Shown here in pieces: positions 40,172 through 49,302 of a DNA stretch of 64,000 nt. Position 1 is the first letter of the stretch. Every line of letters begins with the position of its first letter. The position numbers and the translations under genes were made by a program. Origin of the DNA: Candidatus Hermodarchaeota archaeon (lineage in GTDB: Archaea; Asgardarchaeota; Lokiarchaeia; Sigyniarchaeales; SOKP01); assembly GCA_048885925.1 (NCBI GenBank), contig JBHLLG010000003.1, forward strand, positions 1 through 64,000, in the 5' to 3' direction. The notes beneath the pieces were generated by a model, which had not been told where the DNA came from, searched no databases, and saw only the letters and a program-made list of their open reading frames with translations.

Positions 40172-41062
40172 ATGATTGAAGATATAATAAATTTCATATT
40201 CAATGGTACTTTAAATGGTGCTGTATATGCTCTAGTTGCTATGGGATACTCCTTAACTTATGGAGTAGGAGGAATTATGAATCTATCTCATGGAGCATAT
40301 TTTATGTTAACAGGTTATTTAATGTTATGGTTGGTTGGATCTCCTTTTTTTGAAGGGCTCGAGTGGTTAACTGTAGTCCTTGCATTGCTTATTATAACGA
40401 TAATAGGAGGACTTACGTATATCTTACTTATTAATCCTTTACAAGAGTCTCATGTTGCCGTTGTCCTAATAACCTTCGGATTAGCGTTCTTTTTAGAACA
40501 AGTAGTATTAATATCTCCTTCTGGTACTGAATCCTGGTCTATTAGTAATTTGAGATTAGTTCAGGGTGCTACACAATTTCTAGGATATAGTATTATTAAT
40601 CAATTTTTAGCACTCATAATTATATCTTTGATAATTGTTTCTTTATTCGCACTTTTTATCAGCAAATCCAAGCTTGGAAAATCTATTCGAGCAGTCTCCC
40701 AAGACAGAGAAGCAGCTATGTTAATGGGGATAAATGCTGATAAAATTCTCCTATACACTGTCATGATTTCAGCATTTTTAGCAGCCGTGGCAGCATTTCT
40801 ATATCTGCCGGGAGCTGCCTTAAGTGGTCCCTCTATGGGATGGGAATTTTTAACGAATTCATTTGCTATCGTAATTCTTGGAGGGATGGGAAGTCTTGTA
40901 GGAAGTGTAGTTGGGGCTTACATTGTGGGATATACTATCCAATTTACAAATATTTTTATTCCTAATGGTCCATCTTGGGCGCATTTAGTTCCTATAATAG
41001 TTATTGTTATAATGCTCTTAATTAGACCTCAGGGATTGTTTGGAAAAAAAGAACTAAAATAA
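40172..41062 (+). CDS. livH: Branched-chain amino acid ABC permease
   Basis: YALVAMGYSL, MNLSHG, GKSIRAVSQD, ILGGMGS, RPQGLFG. Confidence 0.92.
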   Translation: MIEDIINFIFNGTLNGAVYALVAMGYSLTYGVGGIMNLSHGAYFMLTGYLMLWLVGSPFFEGLEWLTVVLALLIITIIGGLTYILLINPLQESHVAVVLITFGLAFFLEQVVLISPSGTESWSISNLRLVQGATQFLGYSIINQFLALIIISLIIVSLFALFISKSKLGKSIRAVSQDREAAMLMGINADKILLYTVMISAFLAAVAAFLYLPGAALSGPSMGWEFLTNSFAIVILGGMGSLVGSVVGAYIVGYTIQFTNIFIPNGPSWAHLVPIIVIVIMLLIRPQGLFGKKELK

Positions 41063-41082
41063 TAAATTGAGGAATTTAAAAT

Positions 41083-42117
41083 ATGTTTACAAAAAGAGTT
41101 CAGGAAAAAGTATCCGATTTTCCAAGTTATTTTAAGACATGGGCTAAAACATTTAGTGGAGGCTTAACCCTTTTTTGCGTACTTAGTCTTGCATTGCTTC
41201 CTTTTCTTTCACAAAATGTGAATTTTACATATTTATTCTTACGCCAATTCACACTTGCTATGATTTTTTCAATCTTTGCTGCAAGTTGGGATCTTTTAAC
41301 TGGAATTGCCGGACAAATTAGTTTTGGGCACGCTATTTTTTTTGGAATATCAAGTTATGTTTGTGCTTACCTTATTAAATACCAAAGCTTCAATGTTTTC
41401 TTAGCAATGTTATGTGGCGCAATTGCAGCAGTTTTATTTGGCTTAACCATTGGAATACCATGCTTAAGACTGAGAGGCCCGTATTTAGCATTAGGAACTC
41501 TTGCATTAAGCTTAATTTTATTAAAATTATTTTTAATGGGTTCACTTGCTGATATATTCTTTGGTTCAGAAGGAATATTCGGTCTTAAAGGATTGTATCC
41601 TGCACTTTCTAGAAACCCTGTTTTAGAATATTTTATAATATTCATTTCAATGGTAATAGTATTTATAATTATAATTCAAATTACTAAATCTAGATTTGGA
41701 ACTATTTTGAAATCAATTCGTGATGACGAGTTGGGAGCAGATGCTTCAGGAATTAATACAACAAGATATAAAATTTATGCATTTATGTTAAGTGCTCTAT
41801 TTGCTGGAATTGCTGGTTCCTTTTATACCATGTATATCGGAGCTGTAAACCCTACTGGGAACTTTGGTACGGTTATTTCATTTTTTGCTATTCTCATGGC
41901 CTCTTTAGGGGGAATTGCCACAATTTCAGGATCAGCATTAGGAGCTTTTTTCTTCATTTTTCTTGAATATGCTCTTATACAAGCAGGGGTTGAAATTTAC
42001 GTTCATTTGATTTTTGCCATTACGTTAATTATCGTTGTTCGATTTGCAGAACACGGTATTTTAAGACCTTTAGTTGAGCGTTTAAAAGATTTATGGGATG
42101 TTTTATTAGGAAGATAA
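41083..42117 (+). CDS. livM: Branched-chain amino acid ABC permease
   Basis: GQISFGHAIFFG, LRLRGPYLAL, SIRDDE. Confidence 0.92.
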   Translation: MFTKRVQEKVSDFPSYFKTWAKTFSGGLTLFCVLSLALLPFLSQNVNFTYLFLRQFTLAMIFSIFAASWDLLTGIAGQISFGHAIFFGISSYVCAYLIKYQSFNVFLAMLCGAIAAVLFGLTIGIPCLRLRGPYLALGTLALSLILLKLFLMGSLADIFFGSEGIFGLKGLYPALSRNPVLEYFIIFISMVIVFIIIIQITKSRFGTILKSIRDDELGADASGINTTRYKIYAFMLSALFAGIAGSFYTMYIGAVNPTGNFGTVISFFAILMASLGGIATISGSALGAFFFIFLEYALIQAGVEIYVHLIFAITLIIVVRFAEHGILRPLVERLKDLWDVLLGR

Positions 42118-42158
42118 AAATTAATATTTTAATGAATTAAATTAAGGTGAATTAAATA

Positions 42159-42899
42159 ATGGGAGTTCTTTTAGAAGTTAAAAATTTAACAAAAAAGTTT
42201 GGTGGATTAACAGCAGTTAATGATTTTAGTTTTGAAATCATGCAAGGAGAATTTGTTGGTTTAATTGGACCAAATGGCGCAGGTAAAACTACTGTGTTTA
42301 ATCTAATATCTGGGTTTGAAAAACCTACATCAGGAAAAATTCGGTTTGATGGAATTGATATTATTGGAATGCGACCATATAAAATTGTAAATTTAGGACT
42401 TGCGAGAACCTTTCAGTTGGTAAGATCTTTTAAATTTCTCAGTCTTCTTGATAATGTGACTGTCGCTTGTTTATCGCATAGAGGAAAGCAAGTTTCAAAA
42501 GATATAGGCACGGATGAATATGCAAGTTCAATTCTTGCTGCTGTAGGTCTTGTGGATAAAGCAAGAATACCACCTATTATAGTACCTCATGGTGATTTGA
42601 GAAAATTACAAATTGGAAAAGCGATTGCTACCAATCCAAAATTACTTCTTCTTGATGAACCATTTAGTGGCCTTAGTTTTGAGGAAACAGTAGGTATTAT
42701 TGATTTAATAAAGAAGTTACATAGCGATGGAGTTACTATTTTGATGACGGGTCATGTATTACGTGAACTTATGGCTTTAGTACCAAGAGTAATTGCGATG
42801 CATCAAGGTAAATTCATTATGGAGGGGACTCCTAAAGAAGTTGCGAATAATAAAATTGTGCTTGAAGCATATTTAGGAAGAGGTGAAGGTTATGCTTGA
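42159..42899 (+). CDS. livG: Branched-chain amino acid ABC ATPase
   Basis: FGGLTAV, GPNGAGKTT, ARTFQ, LLLDEP, EAYLG. Confidence 0.93.
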   Translation: MGVLLEVKNLTKKFGGLTAVNDFSFEIMQGEFVGLIGPNGAGKTTVFNLISGFEKPTSGKIRFDGIDIIGMRPYKIVNLGLARTFQLVRSFKFLSLLDNVTVACLSHRGKQVSKDIGTDEYASSILAAVGLVDKARIPPIIVPHGDLRKLQIGKAIATNPKLLLLDEPFSGLSFEETVGIIDLIKKLHSDGVTILMTGHVLRELMALVPRVIAMHQGKFIMEGTPKEVANNKIVLEAYLGRGEGYA

Positions 42900-43596
42900 A
42901 ATAAAGAAATTATATCATTATTATGGGAAAGCAAGAGCTCTTGAAGAAATCAATTTAAAAATTGAAGAGAAAGTTTTAGATGCTGTTATTGGTCCAAATG
43001 GAGCGGGAAAATCTACTCTTCTCAGAGTAATATCTGGTTTAGAAGAACCAGATAGAGGAAAAATTGAATTCTTAGGAGAGAGAATAGATGAGTTAAAAGC
43101 TCATAAAATAGCCAAAAAAGGAATTTCTCATTGTCCAGAACGTCGAAGGTTGTTTCCTGACATGAATGTTGCCGATAATCTCAAAATGGGAGCATTCTTA
43201 AATAAAGATAAAGAAAAATACAAAATATTAAGAGATTTTGTTTTTGAAATTTTTCCACGTCTTAAAGAAAGAAGAAAGCAACGGGCAGGGACATTAAGTG
43301 GAGGAGAACAACAAATGCTTGCTATTGCACGTTCTCTTATGGCTAACCCAAAATTGCTTTTATTAGATGAACCATCATTAGGTTTAGCTCCAAAAGTTAA
43401 GAAAAAAATTTTTGAAGCAATTGAAATGATCAAAAAAGAAGGTACAACTACATTATTAGTTGAACAAGATGCCGCATTAGCTATGGATGTATCTGAATAT
43501 CTCCATGTTTTAGAGGAAGGAAAAATTGAAATGCGTGGTACAAGCGAAGAATTAAAGAGAGAACCTCGAATTAAAAAAATATATTTAGGTATATAG
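42883..43596 (+). CDS. livF: Branched-chain amino acid ABC ATPase (start likely ATG 42892)
   Basis: GPNGAGKST, LSGGEQQMLAIAR, LDEPSLGLAP. Confidence 0.93.
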   Translation: MKVMLEIKKLYHYYGKARALEEINLKIEEKVLDAVIGPNGAGKSTLLRVISGLEEPDRGKIEFLGERIDELKAHKIAKKGISHCPERRRLFPDMNVADNLKMGAFLNKDKEKYKILRDFVFEIFPRLKERRKQRAGTLSGGEQQMLAIARSLMANPKLLLLDEPSLGLAPKVKKKIFEAIEMIKKEGTTTLLVEQDAALAMDVSEYLHVLEEGKIEMRGTSEELKREPRIKKIYLGI

Positions 43597-43607
43597 GGTG
43601 ATTTTGA

Positions 43608-45068
43608 ATGTCAGCTCCTTTAGAAATATTATTGAGAGATGCTCGAATTGATCTCGTTTTAGCTCGAATCGAGAAAGATGAATCTATTATAAATGAGATA
43701 ATAAACCATATAGATAACAATATTAGATCGATTAAATTCAATGCGATTCATGTATTAGGAGAATTAGGCCAAAAATCTAAAAACAGTATCTCAAAATTGA
43801 GGAAATGTTTAGAAGATGATGATTGGAGTATTAGACGTGAAGCTGTTAGATCCTTAGGAAAGATTGGAGAAATTGCTAAAGATACAATTCCACAGGTATC
43901 GATAATGCTAAAAGATAAAGAAGAATCTATTAGAAGTGAAGCAGCAATTTCACTTGGTAAGATTAAGAATCCGACTAATGAAGCAATTTCAAGTTTAATT
44001 GAAGTATTAAATGATAATTCTGAAATTGTCCGAACTGAAGTTGCTAAAGCTCTCGGTGAAATAGGGGCAGATGCATATGAAGCAATTCCATTTCTTATGA
44101 AAAGCCTTAAAGATGTAAGTTGGACTGTTAGAACTTCCTCAGCTCAATCAATTAGTCAGATTGGGAAAGGATCTACCAAAGCCATACCAAGTTTAATAAA
44201 AGCACTTGAAGATAAAGATTGGAGAGTAAGATTCAGAGTCTCGAATACTTTAGCAGAATTAGGAAAGGAAGTAATTCCAAATCTTGTATCTATATTACAC
44301 CATAAAGATAAATTTGTAAGAAAGTGCGTAGTAGATATATTGGGAGAAATGAAACTAACAGATCAAAATATAATGGACAATATCTCAAAACTATTACATG
44401 ATAAAGCCGAAATCGTTAGAGGGAAAGCTGCTGATGCTCTTAGGAGTATTGGCAAAGACGCTGTTCCCATTTTAAATAGAGAAATTGAATCAGCATCTTT
44501 AAAAATGAAAAAAATCATAATTTCTGCACTTGGAGGTATTGGTACAGACGCTAAAGAAGCGATTCCAACTCTTATCAGTTTATTAAAAGTGCCTGAACAA
44601 TTATATATTGAACATATGCTTGGAATGGGTTTATGGAAGGTTATTTCTTATAAGTCTAAACATTCAATTTTAACTTTTATAAACGATCCCTTTAGAAGAA
44701 ATGTATCAGTTAGAGTAGAAGTAGCAAGAGCATTAGGAAAAATTGGAGTAGATTCAGAAGATGCTATCCGTGCTCTTGAATTTGCTTTGTATGATCCCAG
44801 AAGTATTGTACGACGTGAAGCTGCACTTTCTTTAGGAAAATTAGGATTATTAGCAAAAAATGCAGTTCCCAGTTTAATTAAAAGTTTACAAGATAAAAAT
44901 CCAGATGTAAGATGGAGATCATCTGAAGCATTGGGAGTATTAGGCGTTAATACCGAAGAAGTTATATCAAGTTTGAATGAATTAATCCATGATGAATGTG
45001 ATTTCGTATGTGAATCTGCTATTAATGCATTAGATGCATTAACCGAAGAAGAACAAAAATATTATTAG
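43608..45068 (+). CDS. HEAT (PBS lyase-type) repeat protein
   Basis: Recurring LxDxxxxVRxxAAxALGxI repeats; GGTGA SD right after the livF stop. Confidence 0.9.
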   Translation: MSAPLEILLRDARIDLVLARIEKDESIINEIINHIDNNIRSIKFNAIHVLGELGQKSKNSISKLRKCLEDDDWSIRREAVRSLGKIGEIAKDTIPQVSIMLKDKEESIRSEAAISLGKIKNPTNEAISSLIEVLNDNSEIVRTEVAKALGEIGADAYEAIPFLMKSLKDVSWTVRTSSAQSISQIGKGSTKAIPSLIKALEDKDWRVRFRVSNTLAELGKEVIPNLVSILHHKDKFVRKCVVDILGEMKLTDQNIMDNISKLLHDKAEIVRGKAADALRSIGKDAVPILNREIESASLKMKKIIISALGGIGTDAKEAIPTLISLLKVPEQLYIEHMLGMGLWKVISYKSKHSILTFINDPFRRNVSVRVEVARALGKIGVDSEDAIRALEFALYDPRSIVRREAALSLGKLGLLAKNAVPSLIKSLQDKNPDVRWRSSEALGVLGVNTEEVISSLNELIHDECDFVCESAINALDALTEEEQKYY

Positions 45069-45157
45069 AGATCCATATTTTTCTTAATAATGATCTATAT
45101 TTTTCTTAATAATAATTATTATAAAAGGAAGTATTTTAAAAAGGAGGAAGTTAAAAA

Positions 45158-46855
45158 TTGAGTGATAATCCGTATGCAGCAAAACCATGGTTACAACATT
45201 ATGATGATGGTGTTGCAGCCGAAGTAAATATCCCTGAAATGAATATTTCAGAGTTTCTTGACAATTCAACTAAGGAATTTGGGAGTAGAACTGCTATTTG
45301 GTTCCTAAAAAACAAAATATCGTATAAAAAGTTCAAGGATGTAGCTGATAGGCTTGCTACTGCTCTTGTTGATTTAGGTGTGAAAAAAGGTGATGTCGTG
45401 GCAATCATGTTGCCAAATATGCCTCAATTTATGTTTAGTTTTTATGGTATCTTGAAGGCAGGGGGCATTGTAACCGCAAATAGTATACTCCACACAGAAC
45501 ATGAGCTAGCTTATCAATTAAATGACTCTGGTGCAGAAATAATAATTGCATGGGACAATCAGTTAGAAAAAATTATGAATATTAAGGATAGAACACGTCT
45601 TAGACACATAATTATTACTAATGTATTTGATTATGCTCCGATGGCTGATCAATTAAGGGTAAGAGAACCTCCAGAAATAGCGGGAACGATTCAATTTCTA
45701 AATTTAATTAATAAAACAAAACCTAATCCTCCTAAATTTGAGACTAACGCAAAAGAGGATGTAGCAGTCCTACAATATACAGGAGGAACAACAGGTTTAC
45801 CTAAAGGAGCAATGCTGACTCATTATGGTTTAGTTGCCAATTGTGTTCAGATGCATGAATGGACAAAATCCTTAGTACAGAGAGGGAAACAGACTGCGCT
45901 TACAACATTACCTTTATTTCATATCTACGGAATGCAAGTGTGTATGAATAGTTTCATATATAGTGGAACAACTATCGCTCTACATCCTGATCCTCGAGAT
46001 CAAAAAGGTTTATTTGAGGTGATTAAAGCAACTCATCCTGCAATGTTTCCTGGTGTACCAACGATGTACATGCGCCTATTAGAGCGTGATGATCTCGAAG
46101 ATTATGCTAAAGATCTCAGGTCAATCAAGGTTTGTAATAGTGGTGCTGCTCCAATGCCACCTGAAGTTCTAAAAGAATTTGAGGAAAGAACGGGGGCTGT
46201 AATAATCGAAGGATATGGAATGACAGAATGTGGACCCGCAACTCATGTTAATCCATTAAACGGAACAAGAAAAATTGGTTCTGTAGGATTGGCAATATCA
46301 AGTACTGAATTTAAAATCGTTGATATTGAAGATTATACTAAAATTGTTCCCCAAGGTGAAGCAGGAGAAATAATGGTTAAAGGGCCTCAAGTTATGAGAG
46401 GATATTGGAATAAACCAGAAGAAACAGCAAATCAATTGAAAGGCGATTGGTTATTAACTGGAGATATTGGAAGAATGGATGAAGATGGGTATTTATATAT
46501 AGTCGATAGGAAAAAAGATATGATAAATATCAGCGGGTTTAAAGTGTACCCAAGAGAAGTTGAAGATGTATTATTTGAACATGAGGCTATTGAAAATGCA
46601 TCAATAATAGGAGTGCCTGATCCTAATGTTCCTGGTAATGAATATGTTAAAGCATTCATAGTACTAAAAGATGGATATAGAGAAACTGAGGAAATTAAAG
46701 CAGACATTAAAGAGTTCTTAAGGAAAAATGTTGCTCCTTATAAAGTTCCAAAAGAAATGGAGTTCAGAAAGGAATTGCCTGAAACTTTTGTCGGAAAAGT
46801 GCTCCGTAAAGATCTAAAGGAAATAGAAGCCAAAAGACGCGGAGAAGAAGTATAG
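45158..46855 (+). CDS. fadD: Long-chain fatty acid-CoA ligase
   Basis: YTGGTTGLPKG, EGYGMTE, TGD, DRKKDMI, GKVLRK. Confidence 0.92.
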   Translation: MSDNPYAAKPWLQHYDDGVAAEVNIPEMNISEFLDNSTKEFGSRTAIWFLKNKISYKKFKDVADRLATALVDLGVKKGDVVAIMLPNMPQFMFSFYGILKAGGIVTANSILHTEHELAYQLNDSGAEIIIAWDNQLEKIMNIKDRTRLRHIIITNVFDYAPMADQLRVREPPEIAGTIQFLNLINKTKPNPPKFETNAKEDVAVLQYTGGTTGLPKGAMLTHYGLVANCVQMHEWTKSLVQRGKQTALTTLPLFHIYGMQVCMNSFIYSGTTIALHPDPRDQKGLFEVIKATHPAMFPGVPTMYMRLLERDDLEDYAKDLRSIKVCNSGAAPMPPEVLKEFEERTGAVIIEGYGMTECGPATHVNPLNGTRKIGSVGLAISSTEFKIVDIEDYTKIVPQGEAGEIMVKGPQVMRGYWNKPEETANQLKGDWLLTGDIGRMDEDGYLYIVDRKKDMINISGFKVYPREVEDVLFEHEAIENASIIGVPDPNVPGNEYVKAFIVLKDGYRETEEIKADIKEFLRKNVAPYKVPKEMEFRKELPETFVGKVLRKDLKEIEAKRRGEEV

Positions 46856-47259
46856 TTTAAAACTTTTTTATTTTAAATTTTCCTTTTTCCATTTTTTCAT
46901 AAAATCTGTAAAATCATAACTAGAGATTCCGAGAGAATTAAAATTTTTTTTTTTTATTTTTTTATCAGATTCAGATTTATCTCTTAAAGACTCCTGCCAA
47001 TCATAATAACTTATAGCTTTTGACATGATCTTATAACCATAATTATAATAAATAAACTAATACAGAGTACCAGTTTTCTAATAGTCAAAGAAATAATACA
47101 AATTTGTCTATTTAGATTTAAGCATTATATTCCATAATACGTACCAAAAGAACAAAAAATTGAAATTAGTAAATAAATTTAAGGGAAAACTTTCATAGGT
47201 TATTTAGAAGGGAGATATACGACAAAAATATTCAGATTTTACATTTTTCAAAATATATT

Positions 47260-48264
47260 TTATTCACTTATAATAGAATATACGTGTTTAGGTCGTCCTG
47301 CTTTTTCGCGTTTAATTATTTCCTCTTTTATTACCCGTTCTTTGACTAAAAATTCAAGGATCTCTCTTAACTTTGCACCAGATATTTTAGATTTAATAAC
47401 CAATTCACGAGTTTTAACTTTTTCTTGGTTTTTAATGATGTCTAAAATGTTCTGAATAGGATCTGGATTAATCTCAATTGATTTAATACAAGTTTTTGCA
47501 TCAAACATTTTTCTCACACTAATTGCCATATTCGGCATATAGAATCCGTTAAAATGAAAATATGAATCATCAATGAATAAAACCGAATTAAAGTAATAAT
47601 CTATTAGAATTACTCCCTCATTGACGATTAAATCATTGAATCTTACTAATCGACATGCTTTTTCATTTGTTTCAATGATTTCTACTTTAATATTTTTTAA
47701 AATATCTGTTATATATCCAAAATAGTTATCAATTGATTCAAAATCTAATTTTGAATAATAAAGTTTAATTTTAATTCCGTTCAAAAAAGCTCTGTTTAAT
47801 CCTCGCTCTAACTTTTTCAAAAGGGATGGTGGAAGAGAAGAAAGGATGATCTCACTTTCTGCTTTATCAATTAATTCATATATATATTCAAGACCAATAT
47901 TTATATCAGAATGATGATAGAACGTGATATTTCGGGTACAAATCCCTTTTACACTTTCTAATGCTTGAATACCTTCCTCAAGTTTATGTATTCTTTCCAG
48001 AATAGTATTATTTTTCTTCTTTAATATTTCTGTTAATATGATTTTTGGGTTACTTCTAAAATACATTTTTGGTTTTCCATCTGAAGCAGTTATGAATCCA
48101 TTATTTTCTAGATATCTTAAATTATCCCTTACCACAGCATAGGAATAGTCTAAATCATTTTTGATTTGACCAATACTTCCAAAATGATTATTTAACAAAT
48201 AATCATAAATTTTAATTTGTATATCAGATAATCCAAATTCATTAAGAAAGTCTAAATTATGCAT
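47260..48264 (-). CDS. TrmB family transcriptional regulator
   Basis: N-terminal wHTH (FGLSDIQIKIY...GKPKMY), TrmB middle region, second C-terminal wHTH (GRPKHVY). Confidence 0.8.
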   Translation of the reverse strand: MHNLDFLNEFGLSDIQIKIYDYLLNNHFGSIGQIKNDLDYSYAVVRDNLRYLENNGFITASDGKPKMYFRSNPKIILTEILKKKNNTILERIHKLEEGIQALESVKGICTRNITFYHHSDINIGLEYIYELIDKAESEIILSSLPPSLLKKLERGLNRAFLNGIKIKLYYSKLDFESIDNYFGYITDILKNIKVEIIETNEKACRLVRFNDLIVNEGVILIDYYFNSVLFIDDSYFHFNGFYMPNMAISVRKMFDAKTCIKSIEINPDPIQNILDIIKNQEKVKTRELVIKSKISGAKLREILEFLVKERVIKEEIIKREKAGRPKHVYSIISE

Positions 48265-48412
48265 ATTTATTATTTCCTCTAATATTATATTAGAATGATT
48301 TGTGACAGTTTATATTCGTATTGAAGGAAATCATCATTTATATAAACTCACAAATAATTATAAATCGTAATGATTAATAAATTTAAATTAAATAAAAAAT
48401 GGAGTGATTAAT

Positions 48413-48544
48413 ATGGCTCAATGTAAAGACTGTAAATTTTATAAACCAATTGATGAAACCAAAGGAGATTGCTTTGGACATGAAGTTCCGGCAACTTTAA
48501 ACGTGGAACAATGTCCTGCTAATGCATTTCAACCTAGGGAATGA
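48413..48544 (+). CDS. Unannotated 43-aa four-Cys protein, BssC/TutF-like Fe-S candidate
   Basis: MAQCKDCKFYKPIDETKGDCFGHEVPATLNVEQCPANAFQPRE; GGAGTGA SD upstream. Confidence 0.7.
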   Translation: MAQCKDCKFYKPIDETKGDCFGHEVPATLNVEQCPANAFQPRE

Positions 48545-48572
48545 ATTTAAACTTTTATTTTGGTGGTATAAA

Positions 48573-49196
48573 GTGCAAGCAAAAGTTGATTTTAAAAAAT
48601 CAATGAATGATTTTTACCAACCCAATTCGAAAGAAGTAGTAGTCATTAATGTTCCAGAAATGCAATTCTTGATGATTGATGGAATTGGATCTCCTGGAGA
48701 CTCTGAAGAATATTTAGACGCTCTTGCTGTACTATATCCTGTGGCTTTTAAAATAAAGTTTTTGAGCAAAACAAAAGGTAAAGATTATGTTGTTCCTCCA
48801 TTGGAAGGTCTTTGGTGGGCTGATAAAATGGAAGATTTTATAGAAGGAAATAGAGATAAATGGAAGTGGACAATGATGATTATGCAACCAGATTGGATTA
48901 CTCTAGATATGATTAATGAAGCTATTGAAATTTCAAAAGAAAAAAAACCAGAGCTGAAAGATAAATTATCTAAACTTCGTCTTGAAAAATATAAAGAAGG
49001 AAAAGCTGCACAAATAATGCATATAGGTCCTTATTCTGAAGAAGGTCCAACGATTGAAAAAATACATAATTTTATCAAATATAATGGTGGAAGTTTTAAC
49101 GGATGCAAACAAAAGCATCATGAAATATATTTAAGTGATCCAAGAAAAGCAAATCCAGCTACCATGAAAACGGTTATAAGGCAGCCCTTTATCTAA
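48573..49196 (+). CDS. GyrI-like domain protein (start corrected to GTG 48573)
   Basis: PPLEGLWW, WKWTMMIMQP, HIGPYSEE, HHEIYLSDPR; GGTGG upstream of the GTG. Confidence 0.88.
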   Translation: MQAKVDFKKSMNDFYQPNSKEVVVINVPEMQFLMIDGIGSPGDSEEYLDALAVLYPVAFKIKFLSKTKGKDYVVPPLEGLWWADKMEDFIEGNRDKWKWTMMIMQPDWITLDMINEAIEISKEKKPELKDKLSKLRLEKYKEGKAAQIMHIGPYSEEGPTIEKIHNFIKYNGGSFNGCKQKHHEIYLSDPRKANPATMKTVIRQPFI

Positions 49197-49302
49197 ATGT
49201 TTTTCTAAATTTCATTTAAATATAATGAGTGCTTTTTTTTATAAAATGGATTTTAGAATGTTAGCTAAACTTCTTTTATTTAATTATATTTAAATTAATA
49301 TC

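Noticed and set aside
46930-47160. Possible minus-strand short ORF (MSKAISYYDWQESLRDKSESDK...)
   Set aside because: About 30 codons ending in a poly-A run, with no SD or recognisable motif
48522-48572. ORF-track N-terminal extension of the GyrI-like gene (MHFNLGNEFKLLFWWYK)
   Set aside because: Overlaps the 43-aa Cys protein; GTG 48573 preceded by GGTGG is the better start
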